Below are positions 51,511 to 64,000 of a stretch of 64,000 bases of DNA, in pieces. Under the pieces are notes generated by a model. It ran no database searches, was not told the DNA's origin, and was given only the letters and a program-made list of their open reading frames with translations. The stretch's first letter is position 1. Each line of letters begins with the position of its first letter. Source of the DNA: Octopus vulgaris (lineage: Eukaryota); assembly GCA_951406725.2 (NCBI GenBank), contig OX597832.1, forward strand, positions 66,960,001-67,024,000. The letters are read 5' to 3'. The translations under genes and the position numbers were made by a program.

Positions 51511-53553
51511 ATATATATAAACTCACCACATACGTAACGAAGTGGTAATTAGCTAAAGAGCGGGAGAGAATGGGATAAAATTGTGAAAATACAGATGAAG
51601 AATAGTTTAGAAATTTTTTCTATAATGATGATGTCGTGCATTCACTTCCAGCTCGTATTATTTCGACCAAGTACTTTGTACAAGAATTTTTGGTGGCCAA
51701 ACACTTTAAAGGGAAATTGGTTGAATGACTATTTTATGTAGATACCCGTTGATGGATTGTACAGGTAATTTACAGATCAGGGATACTCGCATATTGCGCT
51801 GATTCCAATTGGGGATTAAATAAGAGGGTGTCCATGGCTATGTATTAAGTCGTTTGCTCGGATATTTAGAGCGTAGATACCTCATTTGATCAAACAACTG
51901 AATTCTCATTATCGAACCTGACGAAAGCACTAACACATCATCATATGTGCTTCTGTTAAAATAGATTTATACGCATGTGTTTACATGAATGTGTGTATAT
52001 ACATATATGTATGCACGTATATAAATATATGTATGGACGCCCTACACACAAACACACACACACGTGTGCGCACATATATTAATTGTATATGTGTGTATTT
52101 GTAATACACGCATGTGTCGTGTATATGTATTTATATCTATATCTCCATACTATAATAAGAGAGAGGGAGAGAGAGAACAGACTCGACAGGGAGATAGATA
52201 CGAAAACACAGAGACGGAAAAGAGAGAGGACGATGTAGACTAATTGCATGTATTTGAAATACAGGCAGAAGTCAACGTGGTACTTTGGAGCCATTAATCC
52301 TTGTTAACACGTATTCAATGTCTTTGAAATACGAATTCTATTTAGTAGAATTGATTATTAACTCCTATGAAGATTATCTCGGAGCTAGTTAGAATCCTTC
52401 TCTAGGTTTCAGAAGCAATTGCGTTGTAATTATAATATATTATATATACGTTATTGCATTTCAATAATATCAGAGATATGCATTTATTTTATAATTTACA
52501 CAACTTTGTATTTCATTAATCTTGCACGATATTTAGCTAACGACATGCAGTCTTTCTTGTAATAATACTACAAAGTGGTAATAAGACCTCAGCCGTCCTA
52601 ATCCTGCTATCCATTAAACATAGCGTGACAATTAGGATGTGATTTGTGGCCTATGTTCGCATTAATATTTGGTATCGTAGCTATACGTTGCCAGTTAAAA
52701 TTTACCTAGATATCTTCGTATGAGTTTAACTTCTCAGAAGAAAATGAAATATGAAGCGCACCATATGCCATTCCTATACTTTTCTAGGATTGATGTGTAT
52801 ATCTTAGTATATCAATATTCTGTTTTTATCTAGATGCTGCTCTGAATTAATTATTTAATGAAATATGTATTTCAAACTCAATTATTCTATAGTAGTGAAC
52901 TTGAATTGTAATGCAGGCTTTCATCGTCAATTTTCGTGAAAGTTTCGTGAAAGTTATCCAATGACACACAGATCAAAATATTTGCTGAATCAGGCACAAG
53001 ACTAGCAAAGTTCAAGTCAATAACAGCGATCCAGAACGTGACTGGTACATTTTTCTATCGATCCCGAATGAAGAGGAGGGTTTGCTTCGTCGGGATTGGA
53101 CTCACAACGTCCTCACTAAACACCTCAAACTATTAAAATTTTCCTAATGATTCTACCCGCCCACTTCTTTATATTGAAGTTATACTAAAACCGAAATTTG
53201 TCCGGTATTATTGCATTACAATAATACTGAACATTTTACCTATATTTCTTCCATGTTAATGTCCTGTACAACAATATTTAAACAATAAGTCAACTGGTGC
53301 AGTCATTTTTGATAACGTGTTCTTCAAGTGAGTGACATAGAGTAAGTAACTAGTACTTATATCTCGGTAACTAACATGTCTTATTAGTATTATTAATACG
53401 GTACTAAAATGTTTTGAGAATGAAATCTATTGCACATAAACGGTGAGGAACTGTATTTATATATAAAGCACACGTACATATATTTATACAAAATACATGC
53501 ATGCATCCATGCATATATAGAAACATACTTGCATGTTTACAAGTATATATACG

Positions 53554-53585
<32 letters not shown>

Positions 53586-53822
53586 AGAAAATATCATATG
53601 TCATTCCCAAGCGATAGCACCACATAATCAGTTTAACGGATGTTGCTGTCTAGTTCGCCATGCCAAACGACGGAACACTGGTCTGTCACAAGATTATTCA
53701 TTCCTTCTAGGTTGCTGGACTAGAACAACGTGAAAGGAAATGGTTTGCTCAGAGGTACAATGCATCTCCTGGTCTACGAATCGAAATCATTAGAGCAACG
53801 CCCTGACAACAACGGTACACAC

Positions 53823-53955
<133 letters not shown>

Positions 53956-54176
53956 CATGTGGGAGTGTATAGATAGATAGATAGATAGATATGCATGTAT
54001 GTATAAAACGGGCTGATCTCTTCTTGTTTCCCAGATGCTACTATATATATATATATATATATATCATACATATATAGATATATATATATATATGCATACA
54101 TACATGCGTACATCTATCTATTTATCTATATATCTATATATATATAAATATATATGTGTGTGTGTGTAAATATATG

Positions 54177-54209
<33 letters not shown>

Positions 54210-54644
54210 GTATACATACATACATATGTTTGTATATCTATGTATGTATACCATCGATCGGCCGTTTACTGCAGTAATTGTTGCGAGTTAACATCGTACT
54301 ATAGATACTACTTTCCAATCGCAACACCTAGCGGGAAGTGTCACAATTTATTCCACCATCCCACCTGCCTACCGTGACCGCAAACGGATACATTACGTAT
54401 CCTACCATGCTTTCCTTCCGAAATTCTTTCAATTCTACTAGTTCATTGCATTAGACTTCTATTTCATCAACCTCGGACACATGGAAAGCAATTTTGACTT
54501 TGTAATGGTTTGATCGAAAAAAATTTAAACAAAAAATAAAAACAGTGACTCAGAGATCCAATCAAAAACATTCTATCAGAAACTCTTACTTGTGTTTTTA
54601 TAATTACTTTATTAAGTAATTGTCTGCGAACTAGCAGATTCTTT

Positions 54645-54822
54645 TCCATGGCTGACAAAATGCTTAGCGGTATTTCGCCCGTCTTTACGTTACGAGTTCA
54701 AGTTCCGCTGTGGTCGACTTAGATTTTCACCGATTCGGGGTCGATGAGAAAAATACCATTGGGGTCGATATAATCGACATACTTCCTGCCCCGAAATTAC
54801 TGGCCTTTTGCTAAAATTTGAT
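54645..54822 (+). mobile_element. SINE with Deu/Nin-like central domain
   Basis: aaaatgcttagcggtatttcgcccgtctttacgtt..gagttcaagttccgc..gtcgacttt..ttcggggtcgat. Inverted relatives lie at 33470 and 58070. Confidence 0.65.
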
Positions 54823-55848
54823 TGCAATTATAATGCACAGTCAAATGAAGTTTCGAATGTAAGGATAGCATGTACATAACAACTTGACATTACATGAAGG
54901 GAGATAATTAAGGAGAGCAATATATGCCAGCTGGGGCCTACAAATTTTCCCGTTTTCTTGAAATATATCTAAACATATCTAAATACTTTCCAACGAAAGA
55001 AATAATTGTTAGTTTACAACAACTATGTTATCTTTATAAACTTTTATTTCCCTGAATATATTTTACACGTGGGATATGACCTAGTGTCCATGTTAAAACA
55101 ATGTACTACCTTTTCGTAAATTATAGTTCCTTTCCAGTTATTAAAGAATCACATACTTTTGAATATAACTGATATTTTATCAACCTCTCGCGATATTCGT
55201 GTGAAAATCGGTGTAAGTTTAAATCTCTTGCGGGAAATATTTTCCGTGTCTTGGCTATCATCGCGTTCTTCATTACTTATTCCATTCTTTATTTCAACAG
55301 CACTAACTGAACATTAAATTTAAGTGTAAATGATTAGACATTCCTTCCATACACACGTGTACTTTAATGTAATCCTCATATAAAATGTGCGTGGTTCAGT
55401 ATAAGACAAAACCAGACTAATAAATTATTGAAATAACCTATTTTCTGGGTATTAGCAGAGTTTCTGTCTACGAAATATTATATTCCGGCATATATACAGA
55501 GTAGCGTGTAGAAGATGGCAAACGAACGGATTGCAGTAAACTTTTCAACCGTTCTACAAAACATAAGACTCCCAACATGGTGGATAGACCATAGAGAAAG
55601 AGCATCCCACTTATATTCCAATCCAAGTAAATAGCCGGAGTAGTGAACAAATTAATCTGTCTCGTGTGAATTTTCTGAAACTCTCCCCACACTTCCGGAA
55701 AAAAATTGTGCGAAGAAATGTTTTTCTAAGCAAATTCCGATATGTTTGAAATAGCCACCATCTGTAGTGTATTTGTAAGAGATTTAATTAGAGAATATCA
55801 AATTTCATGGAATTTCCGAAGAAACAAATTCAAACGCGCAGAATTCTG

Positions 55849-55888
<40 letters not shown>

Positions 55889-55934
55889 CATATTTATGTG
55901 TGTGTTTGAGTATGTATATATATATGTGTGTGTG

Positions 55935-56035
55935 TGTTCAGTCCCACTCCGTGGTACTTGTGCGAGTGACTTTTAATCTAGCATCAAGCCGGTGTGAATG
56001 GATTTGGTAGAAGGAATCTGAAAAAAGCCCCTCGT
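55935..56035 (+). mobile_element. SINE fragment (family of 8894-9308)
   Basis: gttcagtcccactccgtgg...gtgaatggatttggtagaaggaatctgaaaaaagccc. Confidence 0.7.
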
Positions 56036-56044
56036 ATATACATG

Positions 56045-56127
<83 letters not shown>

Positions 56128-56558
56128 TTATAACAAGGAGTCAGCTGTATACCTCACCACGTACTGTAAGAAATAGACGCTAAAGTCCTTTTTACTTCCT
56201 TAAAATCTCCGAGAATAACACACTTTTTTGTAGGAAATAAAAAGAAAATAATGAATCATTAAGGCTGATTAACTATGGATGCGTTTCGAAACTAAAGTAA
56301 AAGATAATTTTTACGTATTCTTACTCTTCCCCATGGTCTTTCGTATAAGTTCACGAGTATTTCAAAATATGCCCGCGATCTGCGTCATCGTACGTCTGAT
56401 GTCTATCCTCACACGTAAAAATATACTGCCGAGTGTAATTCATAACTTCTGTTTTATACCCACGTGTGTGTTTCAGAACCAGACCGCAGCAATACAATTT
56501 TGATCATTGAGTGAATAAAAATAACATATATATATATATGCACTTATTTTTGTTTAAT

Positions 56559-56606
<48 letters not shown>

Positions 56607-57059
56607 CTTTTTTTTTTGTTTAAAGCTCTAAGTTAAGAAAAATCATTTATTAATATGAAAATAGTATTTACGTCCTTGAATAAAAAGCAGTCAGTGTTTT
56701 CTTCTCATCAAAAAATAATTAAGCATCCCTTTATTTCAATAATTTTCTTGGTTTTCTTAAACGAAGTTAAGGCAAAAAAAAAATCTTCTTGACAAACCAA
56801 ATAGTCTTTCTTTCCTTTATGCCAAGTTTGAAGAAAATATTTCTTTTGCATCTTACTTTTTGGGTCTCTTAAATATACTGCATTTTGTGGCATTATTTCA
56901 AGACAGCCGGCTTTTTTTGCGCAAACTGCACGTGCATTTTTCTCGCGTACGCGTAGTATCGATCGCAGCAACTGATGTACTTGCGCGTACGAATGCACGT
57001 TCCCACGACTCTATCGATCGCATTCTCTCCTGGAGTCGATTTTTGGAATTTTTTCAAGA

Positions 57060-57177
57060 CTTATTCACGCCCTGATACCGTCGGTATCTACATACCAAAT
57101 TGAGCGCAATCAGATGGAGAATGTCTGAGATCCAAGTAGACGCACAGACAGACAGAACGGATTTTATATAATAGATA
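57060..57177 (-). mobile_element. Possible non-autonomous Helitron 5' end
   Basis: Minus strand begins a-TCtattatataaaatccgttctgtctgtctgt, a TC start followed by a (CTGT)n run as in Helitron-like repeats. No CTAG/hairpin 3' end was identified. Confidence 0.4.
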
Positions 57178-58069
57178 TGTATGTATATATCTAAATGTGC
57201 ATGCATACCCACGCATGTGTTAGTTTGTATGTTTATGCCTTTGCCATTGTGTTGTGATTAACACAAGACCTTTAATCTAAAATTCGGACGCATGAAAGCG
57301 AAATATTAACTTGGCGTCATCTGAAAGGATAAGGAAAAGGAAAAAAGATTAATAAAATATAAAACAATGCATGTCGTCTGCTCCTCAACTGGTTTTACCA
57401 ACATCTCACATGAAATATATCTATTTAACACCACCTAAAATAATATAATTGTGAGTTTACAATAATTTCGATATCTCTCAATAAAATTTTTATTTCTTTG
57501 AATATATTTCACGCGAGAGATTTGATTTGGCGCCGAATCTTCTAACTGTGACTGCTATATTTTACTAAATTAAATCATGATTTCTTCTCAATTACTAAAT
57601 ACACACGTGTTAACTTAGAAGGTAGCATATGTTGTCATAGGAAATAGAATAATATCTGTTTTAATATCGGTGTAAGTTCACATACCTGATATGACATAAT
57701 CACAGTTATGAGTCTCAGTTGTTTTCCCCAGCCTTGATGTTGTGTGTAATGTTTTGTCCATTTCTCAGTTAGGGGTACTCTTAGACAGGACTACCATTAA
57801 CCTTTTTATCAAACTGTATCAGCATGACGCAGGTTGTGACTAGAAGAAACATTAAAACTGCAAACGAAACCAGCTCATTGGGGTTCTACACAGCTTTCGT
57901 TTACCCAGTCTTAATCACAGACATAGGCTCGTTGTGAGGATATAGTAAGAATTACCTGTCCAAGCTGTCCCGAAGTGACATCGAATCCCGGTACTTCTAA
58001 TTGCGCAGCCGAATTCCAAAGAGTTCGTTTAAACTGCATTTAACGAGGTATAACAGTTAACGTTAAATT

Positions 58070-58280
58070 ATCATTTCAAATTTTGCCACAAAGTCAGCAA
58101 TTTTGAATGAGGTGGTAATCAATTATATTAACACAATGCCTCGACTGGTACTTAATTTATCGACCATGAAAGGACGAAAGGCAAAGTTGATGCCGGAAGC
58201 ATTTGAATGAGAACATAAAGACGGACGAAATGGTGCTAAGCATGTTGTCAGCCACAGTAACGACTCTGCCAGCTCGCCAA
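58070..58280 (-). mobile_element. SINE with Deu/Nin-like domain
   Basis: ctggtacttaatttatcgaccatgaaaggacgaaaggcaaagttga...gacggacgaaatggtgctaagcat...tctgccagctcgcc. Confidence 0.7.
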
Positions 58281-59634
58281 ACCATTATCGAATACTCATG
58301 TGGTATAATAAAGGTGGTACACTCATAACGCCAGACTCCAAACGTCTGGTATGCCCTACATACATGTGAATCTACAGCTTCGTTTTACTTTTCTTTCTCA
58401 CTAATTATTTTTGTTCTCTGTTTGTGGCAATGAATACTGGGTGGCAATGAAAAGGATCTTGTCTTTATTTGAACATAACTTATAATAGATTGAGGAAATA
58501 CATTAGAAATATCATTATTAATTGTTTAATTTATTATCCCAGGTCTACATTATTTTGCTATTAACAAAGTATTTGCCATAGATAACTACATAGTTGTTGT
58601 TTTCAAATCAAATAGGTTATGAATGTGTGTTTGTCTCTTCGTTATCTTTCGGTCCAGAACAAATCCATAAGAAGCGTAAAATTTGAAAACGCTCTGATTT
58701 TTAAGATAATAAGCTCCACCTATTTATATACCTAGGGACGTAGACATTCAACTGCGAATCAAGACGAAACAAATAACGAAACAAATCGCACAAGGAAAAA
58801 AGAAATCATTAACGCTTGAAGAGACGCTTCTATAAATTATAAACGATTCATTAAAAGCCAATTCATTATGTTGTTAAACGCATCAGATGTAGCGTCATTA
58901 AAGCCAAGGGAATTCTGGAAGCGCCATATTTGTATCATTCAAGCAAATAACTGAAAGTGAATGAAACAGTAGAATGAAACAGTAGAAATGGGGTTTTCCT
59001 TTAACTAAAACGTTTTTTATTCTTTTTTTTTCATCAGTTAAACAAAAACAAAAACAATTTAAGGAAGTAAACATCTGAAACAAGAACCTTGTGGGAGATA
59101 TAGCGTGATGTCCTGTCCGTGTGGCTGGAAATATGTTTGTAGTCTCTATATTAGGTCTCAGTACGGCGATTAAATCTTTTCTCTGTGTGTGTGTGTGTGT
59201 GAATACCTGTGTATGTATGTGTTTGAACAAGCATCTTCATATTAATCAAGACAATCAATAACTATATCTACATACGTGAATATTTGCACATGTCACTGAA
59301 GAAAGAAATGTATACAATGTATATACTTGTGAATAGATAAACAAATAATGAGTCCACAGAGTATAGAATATGATGGTTTTTAACGAACATTTTCGCCAAC
59401 TTCCACATTTTATTGTAATCTCGATGAACTCTCATATTTATGAACAGTCGCTCTGCTTGCCTCTGTGAATTGTCCAGTCTCACTCCACCACGTAACTACA
59501 ACCAAAGGTCACTGTATACGTATTCTTTCGGACAACTTTATTTCTGATTCATTTCAATAGATTCATCAAAATGTATTTGAATACGTTTTGTTATGCTGCT
59601 GCTACTGCTGTTAACAACGTATTTTTTCTTATAG

Positions 59635-59669
59635 GTAACCCTTCAAAGAGTGGGTACATACTAAAAGAG
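59635..59669 (+). CDS. Candidate 35-nt internal exon, (G)NPSKSGYILKE, resembling a PH-domain first strand
   Basis: Branch-like gttaac, polypyrimidine attttttcttatag acceptor, perfect AG|gtaagt donor, and an open frame giving a K.GY..K motif. No partner exon was identified. Confidence 0.4.
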
Positions 59670-59835
59670 GTAAGTTTGAAAGGGCAGCATACGAAAACTG
59701 GCAAAACGAAGAAGAACGAATAGAATAGCACAACGCTCATTGTTATAACGACGTTCGATGTGTTTTGGGGATGCACTACTTTTCTTTAGCCACATACTTG
59801 TTATTAAATTAAAGCGTAAAATACCATCTATGCAC

Positions 59836-59894
<59 letters not shown>

Positions 59895-60681
59895 GTGTGT
59901 GTGTGTATGTGTGTTGTGTGTGTATGGTAAATGAAAGACGGAAGATGGAATGTACGAGAATTTTTATTAATCACGACAATTGTTTTGAAACATCTAACAT
60001 CGATCTCCCACGGGTGATACACTCAACAACTGGTTCAGGAGCATTCGACGGTGCAGATGTATCTTATCGGGTGATAAATAGATATAACTCGTTAAAATAA
60101 CAGTTTCGCAATCTATCTTCTCATTTCGTAGAAAGGAAAACGGCAAAGCGATGAAAATATCTTCATTTATATAGAAGATTGAGATGAAAATCACAAATAC
60201 AAAAAAAGAAATGAACACGTGATACAGCGAGAATATTATTCAAAATAACCGTTAACATATATGGATGTATAAACGCCCGCGCAAGCCGCAGGGCGCATGT
60301 ATACTCGCTCATACAAGCATCCGTGAACATGAAAGCATGCGAACACATGTGGTTTGGTGCACACACGATCAGAAATCGAGTTAAATAGCTACTTGGTGTT
60401 TATAATAATGGGAAGTTTGAAGCTAAACTTAATTACTCCGTACCTTAAATTAAATTAAGTTAATAGTTACTCAAATCCATTGCCACTGCATTGTGCTAAA
60501 GTAAATTTATATGCATGAGCTCCAATACAGATGTCATCTCTCTCTGTCTCTCTGTCTCTCTGTCTCTTATATATATATATATATATATAATAATAATAAC
60601 AATAATAATAATAATAATAATAATAATGATAAACTTTCAGGGAAAAATTCAATTTAGAAATATTAAATCAAATTTCACAAA

Positions 60682-60742
<61 letters not shown>

Positions 60743-60898
60743 TGGAAAAAACACCTTTTATCAATTCAAAATGAACAATTTAATTACACCATCTAGAAAA
60801 TTATATATAATAGAAATATTAAATATAAAATTACAATAATATACCGATGATTATGTAATGTGCAAAATAATAAATAAAAAAGTATATATTTGGTAGAA

Positions 60899-60999
60899 TA
60901 ACGACACGTGCTTCGTGGCTATATTTAAGAAATGATTATAGTAAAAAAATTAGTAGTAGTAAAATCACTTCGATATAAATATAGCCACTCATCAGGTTA
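60899..60999 (-). ncRNA. Type-I hammerhead ribozyme motif with one core substitution
   Basis: Minus strand taac-CTGATGA-gtggctatattta...taaatatagccac-GAAG-cacgtg-TC-gtta. Perfect 13-bp stem II; A15.1>G. Confidence 0.7.
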
Positions 61000-61046
61000 A
61001 AAATACACTAGTTTATATATATATATATATCATGTTAAAAATAATA

Positions 61047-61139
<93 letters not shown>

Positions 61140-61370
61140 GTAAGTATATACATATTTGTGTGTGTAATACACGGCATCTTCATTCTATGAGACTATTAGA
61201 ATATCTGATTGTAGCAAATTTGTAGGCTTCGAGTACTCCGTGGGTACGTATAACATCAACATATGTAGTCTGGATTTTACCTGCTCTACTCCTTTAGTTC
61301 CCACAGACACACACAGACACTCACACAGTCATAAACACACATGTAACACACACGACGAATATCCATGATT

Positions 61371-61534
61371 ATAGGCGCAGGAGTGGCTGTGTGCAAGTAG
61401 AATGCTTACCAACCACATGGTTCCGGGTTAAGTCCCACTGCGTGGCTCCTTTGGCAAGTGTCTTCTAATATAGCCTCAGGCCAAACAAAGCCTTGTGAAT
61501 GGATTTGGTAGACCGAAACTGAAAGAAGCCTGTC
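61371..61534 (+). mobile_element. tRNA-derived SINE head (family of 8894-9308)
   Basis: ataggcgcaggagtggctgtgtg...ggttccgggttaagtcccactgcgtgg...ggatttggtagaccgaaactgaaagaagcc. Confidence 0.85.
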
Positions 61535-61560
61535 AATAGAAATGATTTAGAATTGAATTA

Positions 61561-61630
61561 AATTAAAACAGATGGACACATTAGTATAATTTTACTTAAA
61601 ATTATACTAATGTGTCCATCTGTTTTAATT
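61561..61630. repeat. Perfect hairpin with 33-34-bp arms
   Basis: aattaaaacagatggacacattagtataatttt-actt-aaaattatactaatgtgtccatctgttttaatt. Confidence 0.95.
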
Positions 61631-61799
61631 AAATTATATGTCGCTGTGCAGCTGAAGATTGCTCTGCTTTTAAATTGATGTAATAGTTGCATTGTTCAAT
61701 TAAATGGAGTTGCGTGAAACGTTCGTAATCTGGATATCCTTGTTGTTTATTTTGCTTTTATATATGTGTGTGTATGTGTGTGTGTGTATGTATATATAT

Positions 61800-61883
<84 letters not shown>

Positions 61884-62603
61884 TGTATTTTAATTGGTAA
61901 AACCCTTTTTTCTTAAATATTAGGTTAAAAAATATATGGGAGTTTCTTACGCATGAATAGTATTATAATACCTTACAAAGCCTTTTTTCAAAATTTTAGC
62001 CCACAAATATCAGGAGTCTCCTCATACACGTTAAAATATGGTATATATAAATACATATATACATGCATGTACGCATATTCTTACATATGTATATATAGAA
62101 AGAGACGCCGTTATAGAATGAAAATGACAGAGAAAGAGATAGATATTCACAGACAATGGTTTATATGTAGGTATCCGGGTGTCTATCAATGTAGCGCTAT
62201 ATTTACGTAAAGATATGTGCGCGTGCATTATTGTGCGTATATATGCATACATCAGTATTCATACTGTTTCACGTTTATTAATTACTCATCTCTGCATTAC
62301 ATCTAATGAGTTCCCATTATAAGTGATGTACATTCATAGTTGGTTGAAATGTCACCTCTACTGCTACAACAACGACGTCCGTGAACTCGGCGAATACAAC
62401 TACAACATCAACATTGCTATAATAATTGAGTATAGATTTTAAAGAGGTTATTGCTATTAAATATATTTTAACTTCATCTCATATTCATAAATTCTTAGTA
62501 GAAAACTTTAGGAAATTGTATAGATGGATCCTTATTCATTCAATTTATATTCGTATGAATTTACAGACACATTCAACGTGCGCACATACAGATACATAAC
62601 TAT

Positions 62604-62612
62604 ATGTATGTA

Positions 62613-62681
<69 letters not shown>

Positions 62682-62686
62682 GATAT

Positions 62687-62761
<75 letters not shown>

Positions 62762-62920
62762 TATACATGTATATATGTGTGTACATATTTATATACATAT
62801 ATATATATGTATATGTATGTATGAATGTATATATATATATATACATATATACATAATACATAAGTATATATATATACATATATATATATATATAGACATA
62901 TATATACCATATATATATAT
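62604..62920 (+). repeat. (TA)n-rich compound microsatellite
   Basis: Direct reading. Confidence 0.95.
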
Positions 62921-64000
62921 TCAAGTGTGTATGTTCGAATGTATACGTTGTTCGTGTTTTATTATCGAAATTATTGTTTTAACTCGAGAATTACAATATC
63001 TCTTGAAACATTTTAGTGCATAACATTCTATAGTATTTCCTACTCTAAAATATTTATATTCAGTCTCTGTGTCTAGTAATCACTTTTTATTTCTCTACTG
63101 GACCTAGCGTTGCGCTTCTTTCATGCGCAAGTACATACACACACACGCTCACGCACACGTATTCACACACAGACACACACTCGCTAACCTCTTACTCGTA
63201 ACAGTACATAAAACGTACCATCCGCACTTGGTAATTGCACTCTATAAACATTTTGCTAAAAGAACCGAACAGTACTACATCCCAACTTATCACATATAGA
63301 TCTCAGACAATTTAAGAATAAATTAACAGCTGCAGATATACTCTTCGAACATTATCTAACATACTGAACAATTACTTATATTTTATATTTTCGACTCCAA
63401 CTAAATCTAAAATGACGAATTTAACAATAATGGTTATGATTTTAAATATTAATCATACAAGGCCAACACAAGCAGCAAACTAAATTAGTGTAAATGAATA
63501 AATTCTTCGATGGAAATCGATCTCGTGGTCATCGCATTTCACGTGACAAAATTACCAATTAGTCAACAGAAGGTGTTAAACTCCAGATAAAGTTCGTATA
63601 AAGACCATTTTTAGTAGAACAGGAACGTTTCCACTATAGCTAACTTCTTTTGTACTAGGCTCTATTTCAGTCCCTACACACTTGTAGAAATTTCTGTAAG
63701 TTCGAGATGTTGTGTAACATAAATAAGAAAAAGTTGGCGACGTGAGGCACTGGGTGCATGTAAGAGATTACCATCCGTTTCTTTTTATAGGTGTACGTTC
63801 TCTTATGTTTTTTTTATGTATTCATATTTGGCTGCAGAATTGGCAGACATCAATCGCAACTAGCGTTTATGAGGGTAGATTTCCAGCTGCCTGGTCTAGT
63901 AAACAAGGTGCCTCTTGGAGAAGAGATGGATCATGAGGTACATAATATATAATTTCATACCGATAACTGCAAAATCCAGCCCATGAGAATATTGCCGTTG

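Overview
AT-rich, microsatellite-dense eukaryotic (metazoan) non-coding DNA. The tRNA-derived SINE families and repeat landscape suggest an octopus/coleoid cephalopod genome (inference). I can support no intact protein-coding gene: almost all listed ORFs are microsatellite read-through or decayed transposon frames. The window holds SINEs, Tc1/mariner/DD37D transposase remnants, R4/Dong-like LINE ends in (AAT)n, an L1/Tx1-like 3' end in (TCTA)n and one candidate 35-nt host exon. Two systems stand out. (1) Non-coding elements carry type-I hammerhead ribozyme (HHR) motifs with a short palindromic stem III, the form described for Penelope-like elements and metazoan non-LTR retrozymes. The best example is a ~535-bp unit repeated in tandem and then inverted (38763-40947, four intact HHR cores); further HHR-like motifs lie at 10701, 60899, 800, 51291 and 38635. 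(2) Two ~2-kb ORF1-only (half-L1/Tx1-like) retroelements are inserted head-to-tail at the same site in the tRNA-derived head of a SINE, with a thrice-repeated ~14-bp target duplication (20669-24873). All alignments were done by eye, so coordinates may be off by a few bases.
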